Virus record (IMG/VR): IMGVR_UViG_2684622617_000023 | Source of the DNA: a virus | Lineage: Duplodnaviria; Heunggongvirae; Uroviricota; Caudoviricetes | Length of the DNA stretch: 21,333 nt | Reading direction: 5' to 3' (one strand) | Part shown: piece after piece, positions 15,948-21,333 of the stretch | Layout of the letters: every line of letters begins with the position of its first letter | Numbering within the stretch: position 1 is the first letter of the stretch | Notes under the pieces: model-generated | Seen by the model: only the letters and a program-made list of their open reading frames with translations | Database searches by the model: none | Told to the model about the DNA's origin: nothing | Position numbers and translations under genes: made by a program

Positions 15948-18548
15948 ATGAGCACAAAACCACTCTTCCTGTTACGGAAAGCGAAAAAATCATCCGGTGA
16001 ACCTGACGTCGTCCTGTGGGCAAGCAACGATTTTGAATCGACCTGTGCCACTCTGGACTACCTGATCGTTAAGTCAGGTAAAAAACTGAGCAGCTATTTT
16101 AAAGCTGTTGCCACGAATTTTCCTGTCGTTAATGACCTGCCCGCTGAAGGTGAGATCGATTTTACCTGGAGTGAACGCTATCAACTCAGCAAAGACTCCA
16201 TGACATGGGAACTAAAACCGGGAGCAGCACCAGACAACGCTCACTATCAAGGCAATACCAACGTCAACGGCGAAGACATGACTGAGATTGAGGAGAATAT
16301 GCTACTCCCAATTTCTGGCCAGGAACTGCCCATTCGTTGGCTTGCTCAACACGGCAGCGAAAAACCGGTAACGCACGTTTCACGCGACGGACTCCAGGCA
16401 TTACACATTGCTCGGGCTGAAGAACTACCGGCTGTTACTGCCCTGGCTGTTTCCCACAAAACCAGCCTGCTCGACCCGCTGGAAATTCGCGAACTCCACA
16501 AACTGGTTCGTGACACTGACAAAGTTTTCCCTAATCCTGGTAATTCAAACCTGGGACTGATAACTGCTTTTTTCGAAGCATACCTGAACGCTGACTACAC
16601 CGATCGAGGACTGCTGACAAAAGAGTGGATGAAGGGTAATCGTGTTTCACACATCACTCGCACGGCTTCCGGTGCTAATGCTGGCGGCGGAAACCTCACC
16701 GATCGCGGCGAAGGTTTCGTACACGATCTGACGTCACTGGCGCGCGACGTAGCCACTGGCGTACTGGCCCGTTCAATGGATCTGGACATCTATAACCTTC
16801 ATCCGGCACACGCTAAACGCATTGAGGAAATTATCGCTGAAAATAAACCGCCCTTTTCTGTTTTCCGCGACAAATTCATCACCATGCCTGGCGGGCTGGA
16901 TTATTCCCGCGCCATCGTGGTTGCGTCCGTAAAAGAAGCACCAATTGGGATCGAGGTCATCCCCGCGCACGTCACTGAATATCTGAACAAAGTACTGACT
17001 GAAACCGATCATGCCAACCCTGATCCGGAAATCGTGGATATTGCCTGCGGTCGCTCCTCTGCCCCGATGCCGCAGCGAGTAACAGAAGAAGGAAAACAGG
17101 ATGATGAAGAAAAACCGCAACCATCTGGAACAACGGCAGTTGAACAGGGAGAGGCTGAAACAATGGAACCGGACGCAACTGAACATCATCAGGACACGCA
17201 GCCGCTGGATGCTCAGTCACAGGTAAATTCTGTTGATGCGAAATATCAGGAACTGCGGGCAGAACTCCATGAAGCCCGGAAAAACATTCCATCAAAAAAT
17301 CCTGTCGATGCCGATAAATTGCTTGCTGCATCACGTGGTGAATTTGTTGACGGAATTAGCGACCCGAACGATCCGAAATGGGTAAAGGGGATCCAGACTC
17401 GCGATTGTGTGTACCAGAACCAGCCAGAAACGGAAAAAACCAGCCCGGATATGAATCAACCTGAGCCAGTAGTGCAACAGGAACCGGAAATAGCCTGCAA
17501 TGCCTGCGGCCAGACTGGCGGGGATAACTGCCCTGACTGTGGTGCGGTGATGGGCGACGCAACATACCAGGAAACATTCGATGAAGAGAGTCAGGTTGAA
17601 GCTAAGGAAAATGATCCGGAGGAAATGGAAGGCGCTGAACATCCGCACAATGAGAATGCTGGCAGCGATCCGCATCGCGATTGCAGTGATGAAACTGGCG
17701 AAGTCGCAGATCCCGTAATCGTAGAAGACATAGAGCCAGGTATTTATTACGGAATTTCGAATGAGAATTACCACGCGGGTCCCGGTGTCAGTAAGTCTCA
17801 GCTCGATGACATTGCTGATACTCCGGCACTGTATTTGTGGCGTAAAAATGCCCCCGTGGACACCACAAAGACAAAAACGCTCGATTTAGGAACCGCTTTC
17901 CACTGCCGGGTACTTGAGCCGGAAGAATTCAGTAACCGCTTTATCGTAGCACCTGAATTTAACCGCCGGACAAACTCCGGAAAAGAAGAAGAGAAAGCGT
18001 TTCTGAGGGAATGCGCAAGCACAGGAAAAACGGTTATCACTGCCGAAGAAGGCCGGAAAATTGAACTCATGTATCAGAGCGTTATGGCTTTGCCGCTGGG
18101 GCAATGGCTTGTTGAAAGCGCCGGACACGCTGAATCATCAATTTACTGGGAAGATCCTGAAACAGCAATTTTGTGTCGGTGCCGTCCGGACAAAATTATC
18201 CCTGAATTTCACTGGATCATGGACGTGAAAACTACGGCGGATATTCAACGATTCAAAACCGCTTATTACGACTACCGCTATCACGTTCAGGATGCATTCT
18301 ACAGTGACGGTTATGAAGCACAGTTTGGAGTGCAGCCAACTTTCGTTTTTCTGGTTGCCAGCACAACTATTGAATGCGGACGTTATCCGGTTGAAATTTT
18401 CATGATGGGCGAAGAAGCAAAACTGGCAGGTCAGCTGGAATATCACCGCAATCTGCGAACCCTGGCTGACTGCCTCAATACCGATGAATGGCCAGCTATT
18501 AAGACGTTATCACTGCCCCGCTGGGCTAAGGAATATGCAAATGACTAA
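15948..18548 (+). CDS. recE: Exodeoxyribonuclease VIII (RecE), full length 866 aa
   Basis: Single uninterrupted 866-aa ORF with a GAGG Shine-Dalgarno; C-terminal nuclease region and Cys-cluster [16 protein letters not shown]; length matches Rac RecE. Confidence 0.95.
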   Translation: MSTKPLFLLRKAKKSSGEPDVVLWASNDFESTCATLDYLIVKSGKKLSSYFKAVATNFPVVNDLPAEGEIDFTWSERYQLSKDSMTWELKPGAAPDNAHYQGNTNVNGEDMTEIEENMLLPISGQELPIRWLAQHGSEKPVTHVSRDGLQALHIARAEELPAVTALAVSHKTSLLDPLEIRELHKLVRDTDKVFPNPGNSNLGLITAFFEAYLNADYTDRGLLTKEWMKGNRVSHITRTASGANAGGGNLTDRGEGFVHDLTSLARDVATGVLARSMDLDIYNLHPAHAKRIEEIIAENKPPFSVFRDKFITMPGGLDYSRAIVVASVKEAPIGIEVIPAHVTEYLNKVLTETDHANPDPEIVDIACGRSSAPMPQRVTEEGKQDDEEKPQPSGTTAVEQGEAETMEPDATEHHQDTQPLDAQSQVNSVDAKYQELRAELHEARKNIPSKNPVDADKLLAASRGEFVDGISDPNDPKWVKGIQTRDCVYQNQPETEKTSPDMNQPEPVVQQEPEIACNACGQTGGDNCPDCGAVMGDATYQETFDEESQVEAKENDPEEMEGAEHPHNENAGSDPHRDCSDETGEVADPVIVEDIEPGIYYGISNENYHAGPGVSKSQLDDIADTPALYLWRKNAPVDTTKTKTLDLGTAFHCRVLEPEEFSNRFIVAPEFNRRTNSGKEEEKAFLRECASTGKTVITAEEGRKIELMYQSVMALPLGQWLVESAGHAESSIYWEDPETAILCRCRPDKIIPEFHWIMDVKTTADIQRFKTAYYDYRYHVQDAFYSDGYEAQFGVQPTFVFLVASTTIECGRYPVEIFMMGEEAKLAGQLEYHRNLRTLADCLNTDEWPAIKTLSLPRWAKEYAND

Positions 18549-19350
18549 GCAACCACCAATCGCAAAAGCCGATCTGCAAAAAACTCAGGGAAACCGTGCA
18601 CCAGCAGCAATTAAAAATAACGACGTGATTAGTTTTATTAACCAGCCATCAATGAAAGAGCAACTGGCAGCAGCTCTTCCACGCCATATGACGGCTGAAC
18701 GTATGATCCGTATCGCCACCACAGAAATTCGTAAAGTTCCGGCGTTAGGAAACTGTGACACTATGAGTTTTGTCAGTGCAATCGTACAGTGTTCACAGCT
18801 CGGACTTGAGCCCGGTAGCGCCCTCGGTCATGCATATTTACTGCCTTTTGGTAATAAAAACGAAAAGAGCGGTAAAAAAAACGTTCAGCTAATCATTGGC
18901 TATCGAGGCATGATTGATCTGGCTCGCCGTTCAGGTCAAATCGCCAGCTTGTCAGCCCGTGTTGTCCGTGAAGGTGACGAGTTTAATTTCGAATTTGGCC
19001 TTGATGAAAAGTTAATACACCGCCCAGGAGAAAACGAAGATGCCCCTGTTACCCACGTCTATGCTGTCGCAAGACTGAAAGACGGAGGTACTCAGTTTGA
19101 AGTTATGACGCGCAAACAGATTGAGCTGGTGCGCAGCCAGAGTAAAGCTGGTAATAACGGGCCGTGGGTAACTCACTGGGAAGAAATGGCAAAGAAAACG
19201 GCTATTCGTCGCCTGTTCAAATATCTGCCCGTATCAATTGAGATCCAGCGTGCAGTATCAATGGATGAAAAGGAACCACTGACAATCGATCCTGCAGATT
19301 CCTCTGTATTAACCGGGGAATACAGTGTAATCGATAATTCAGAGGAATAA
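18541..19350 (+). CDS. recT: RecT single-strand annealing protein, 269 aa
   Basis: Track ORF trimmed to [14 protein letters not shown]...; ATG overlaps the 3' end of recE by 8 nt. Confidence 0.95.
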   Translation: MTKQPPIAKADLQKTQGNRAPAAIKNNDVISFINQPSMKEQLAAALPRHMTAERMIRIATTEIRKVPALGNCDTMSFVSAIVQCSQLGLEPGSALGHAYLLPFGNKNEKSGKKNVQLIIGYRGMIDLARRSGQIASLSARVVREGDEFNFEFGLDEKLIHRPGENEDAPVTHVYAVARLKDGGTQFEVMTRKQIELVRSQSKAGNNGPWVTHWEEMAKKTAIRRLFKYLPVSIEIQRAVSMDEKEPLTIDPADSSVLTGEYSVIDNSEE

Positions 19351-19358
19351 TTCAGCCT

Positions 19359-19377
19359 GGCGGTGTAATGCACCGCC
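19359..19377 (+). other. GC-rich stem-loop between recT and ralR (GGCGGTG-TAATG-CACCGCC)
   Basis: Perfect 7-bp inverted repeat 9 nt after the recT stop; the following tract is AT-rich but not an immediate U-run, so a weak terminator or processing site. Confidence 0.3.
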
Positions 19378-19405
19378 AACTTGAAATATTTTTATGAGAA
19401 AAATT

Positions 19406-19600
19406 ATGAGATATGACAATGTTAAACCATGTCCATTTTGTGGTTGTCCATCAGTAACGGTGAAAGCCATTTCAGGATATTACCGAGCGAAGTGTAACGG
19501 ATGCGAATCCCGAACCGGTTATGGTGGAAGTGAAAAAGAAGCACTCGAACGATGAAATAAACGAACCACTGGAAATAATAATGGAGGTGTTCATGTATAA
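19406..19600 (+). pseudogene. ralR: ralR (restriction-alleviation Lar / type I toxin) with an in-frame TGA at codon 50
   Basis: From ATG 19406 the frame reads MRYDNVKPCPFCGCPSVTVKAISGYYRAKCNGCESRTGYGGSEKEALER, then TGA at 19553-19555, then NKRTTGNNNGGVHV to TAA 19598-19600. 49 + 1 + 14 = 64 codons, the length I recall for K-12 RalR, where this codon is TGG (Trp). Confidence 0.6.
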
Positions 19601-19781
19601 AATTACCGCCACTATTGAAAAGGAAGGTGGCACTCCTACTAACTGGACAAGATATTCAAAATCTAAACTAACGAAATCAGAATGCGAAAAAATGCTCTCA
19701 GGTAAAAAAGAAGCAGGCGTTTCCAGAGAGCAGAAAGTAAAACTGATAAATTTTAATTGCGAGAAACTTCAGTCCTCGTGA
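19593..19781 (+). CDS. ydaC: Small Rac protein, 62 aa
   Basis: ATG 19593 with a GGAGG Shine-Dalgarno 6 nt upstream (MYKITATIEKEGGTPTNW...); the longer track ORF starting 19521 lacks a ribosome-binding site. Confidence 0.65.
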   Translation: MYKITATIEKEGGTPTNWTRYSKSKLTKSECEKMLSGKKEAGVSREQKVKLINFNCEKLQSS

Positions 19782-19880
19782 ATTGCATTGTATTCAAATT
19801 AAAACTTCATAGCTGATTATTAATAATCAACATCGGGCGTCAATTTAAGTCTAACATTGGCGCCTGCCAGAGGTGATGCG

Positions 19881-20096
19881 ATGGCACAAGTAATCTTTAA
19901 TGAAGAGTGGATGGTTGAATACGGCCTGATGCTTCGCACTGGTCTGGGGGCCAGACAAATTGAAGCATACCGCCAGAACTGTTGGGTGGAAGGCTTCCAC
20001 TTCAAACGAGTATCTCCTTTAGGGAAGCCAGACAGTAAGCGAGGGATTATCTGGTATAACTATCCAAAGATAAATCAGTTTATCAAAGACTCATGA
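19881..20096 (+). CDS. xisR: Excisionase, 71 aa
   Basis: Track ORF trimmed to [15 protein letters not shown]... with an AGAGGTGA Shine-Dalgarno; stop is 1 nt before the int ATG. Confidence 0.85.
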   Translation: MAQVIFNEEWMVEYGLMLRTGLGARQIEAYRQNCWVEGFHFKRVSPLGKPDSKRGIIWYNYPKINQFIKDS

Positions 20097-20097
20097 T

Positions 20098-21333
20098 ATG
20101 TCTAAATTACCAACAGGTGTCGAGATTCGAGGTAAATACATTCGCATCTGGTTCATGTTTCGAGGAAAACGATGTCGGGAAACATTGAAAGGCTGGGAGG
20201 TTACTAACAGTAACATTAAAAAAGCCGGGAATTTAAGAGCGTTGATAGTTCATGAAATCAATTCCGGTGAGTTTGAGTATTTAAGACGTTTTCCCCAGTC
20301 CAGCACTGGGGCAAAAATGGTGACAACGAGGGTCATAAAAACGTTCGGGGAGCTTTGTGATATCTGGACAAAAATTAAAGAAACAGAGTTAACAACAAAC
20401 ACAATGAAGAAAACGAAATCACAATTAAAAACACTCAGGATAATAATTTGTGAGAGTACTCCGATATCGCATATTCGTTATAGCGATATCTTAAACTACC
20501 GGAATGAACTGCTGCATGGAGAAACGCTTTACCTGGATAATCCAAGATCCAACAAAAAAGGAAGAACCGTGCGCACAGTTGATAACTATATCGCCCTGCT
20601 CTGTTCGTTGTTACGTTTTGCGTATCAGTCGGGATTTATATCAACCAAACCATTTGAAGGAGTAAAGAAATTACAGAGAAACAGAATAAAGCCTGACCCG
20701 TTATCTAAAACAGAATTCAATGCATTAATGGAAAGTGAAAAAGGACAGAGCCAGAACTTGTGGAAATTTGCCGTATACTCCGGGCTTCGTCACGGGGAAC
20801 TGGCTGCTCTGGCGTGGGAGGATGTGGATTTCGAGAAGGGAGTTGTGAATGTCAGAAGAAACCTGACGATACTGGATATGTTCGGTCCCCCAAAAACAAA
20901 TGCGGGGATCCGGACGGTAACACTACTGCAGCCTGCTCTTGAAGCACTGAAGGAGCAATACAAACTGACCGGGCATCATCGCAAAAGCGAAATCACCTTT
21001 TATCATCGGGAGTACGGCAGAACCGAAAAGCAAAAACTGCATTTTGTTTTCATGCCCAGGGTGTGTAACGGAAAACAAAAACCTTATTACTCGGTAAGCA
21101 GTTTGGGGGCAAGGTGGAATGCAGCAGTAAAACGTGCTGGTATTCGCCGCCGTAATCCGTACCATACGCGGCATACTTTTGCCTGCTGGCTGTTGACGGC
21201 AGGAGCGAACCCGGCATTTATAGCCAGCCAAATGGGGCATGAAACTGCGCAGATGGTGTATGAAATTTACGGTATGTGGATTGATGACATGAACGACGAA
21301 CAGGTAGCCATGTTGAATGCGCGGTTATCATAG
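20098..21333 (+). CDS. intR: Tyrosine site-specific integrase, 411 aa
   Basis: Full-length ORF with the C-terminal catalytic region (...HTRHTFACWLLTAGANPAFIASQMGHETAQMVYEIYGMW...); the window ends at its TAG stop. Confidence 0.95.
   Translation: MSKLPTGVEIRGKYIRIWFMFRGKRCRETLKGWEVTNSNIKKAGNLRALIVHEINSGEFEYLRRFPQSSTGAKMVTTRVIKTFGELCDIWTKIKETELTTNTMKKTKSQLKTLRIIICESTPISHIRYSDILNYRNELLHGETLYLDNPRSNKKGRTVRTVDNYIALLCSLLRFAYQSGFISTKPFEGVKKLQRNRIKPDPLSKTEFNALMESEKGQSQNLWKFAVYSGLRHGELAALAWEDVDFEKGVVNVRRNLTILDMFGPPKTNAGIRTVTLLQPALEALKEQYKLTGHHRKSEITFYHREYGRTEKQKLHFVFMPRVCNGKQKPYYSVSSLGARWNAAVKRAGIRRRNPYHTRHTFACWLLTAGANPAFIASQMGHETAQMVYEIYGMWIDDMNDEQVAMLNARLS

Larger units (their letters stand above)
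1..21333. mobile_element. Segment of a Rac-like lambdoid prophage (late antiterminator region through integrase); no att site inside the window
   Basis: Gene order and protein sequences match the Rac early-left arm (intR-xis-ydaC-ralR-recT-recE-racC-ydaE-kilR / sieB / ydaF-ydaG-racR / ydaS-ydaT-ydaU-ydaV) as recalled from E. coli K-12; the left part carries nin-type genes, a Q-like gene and phage-type tRNAs. Window ends exactly at the int stop codon. Confidence 0.85.

Noticed and set aside
16595-18446. Nine - strand ORFs of 64-147 aa inside recE
   Set aside because: All antisense to the intact 866-aa recE reading frame; expected chance ORFs in a long GC-balanced gene.
19521-19781. 86-aa version of ydaC with the track start at 19521
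   Set aside because: The upstream extension overlaps the ralR frame and lacks a ribosome-binding site; ATG 19593 has a GGAGG Shine-Dalgarno.
1-21333. CRISPR arrays, insertion sequences, rRNA genes
   Set aside because: No regularly spaced short direct repeats, no transposase-like ORF or terminal inverted repeats, and no rRNA-like sequence seen on visual inspection.

Overview
The window reads as one arm of a Rac-like lambdoid prophage, running from the late antiterminator region (left) to the integrase (right edge, int stop at 21333); neither attachment site is in the window. All calls rest on reading the supplied ORF translations and sequence by eye, with no searches run. Right to left on the + strand: intR, xis (ydaQ), ydaC, ralR, recT, recE, racC, ydaE, kilR, then the cI-like repressor racR with ydaG/ydaF and convergent sieB. 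Leftward from the racR/ydaS switch on the - strand: ydaS (Cro-like), ydaT, an O-like ydaU carrying three 21-bp palindromes, a DnaC-like ydaV, six small or uncharacterised ORFs, then nin-type genes and a Q-like gene, a tR'-like terminator, an AraC-family regulator, two phage-type tRNAs (CAU and Arg-UCU) and a TerB-like gene. The most interesting feature is a visibly AT-rich three-gene cassette at about 3.95-7.9 kb, inserted between the replication block and the nin/Q block: a two-gene + strand operon (GHKL/Bergerat-fold ATPase plus a 329-aa partner with no motif I recognise) convergent on a C5-cytosine DNA methyltransferase. I propose it as a candidate methyltransferase-associated defence or restriction-like module. 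Other points worth checking are an in-frame TGA truncating ralR, an in-frame TAG splitting a phage ORF, candidate operator half-sites, and a coupled 27-aa hydrophobic peptide ORF.
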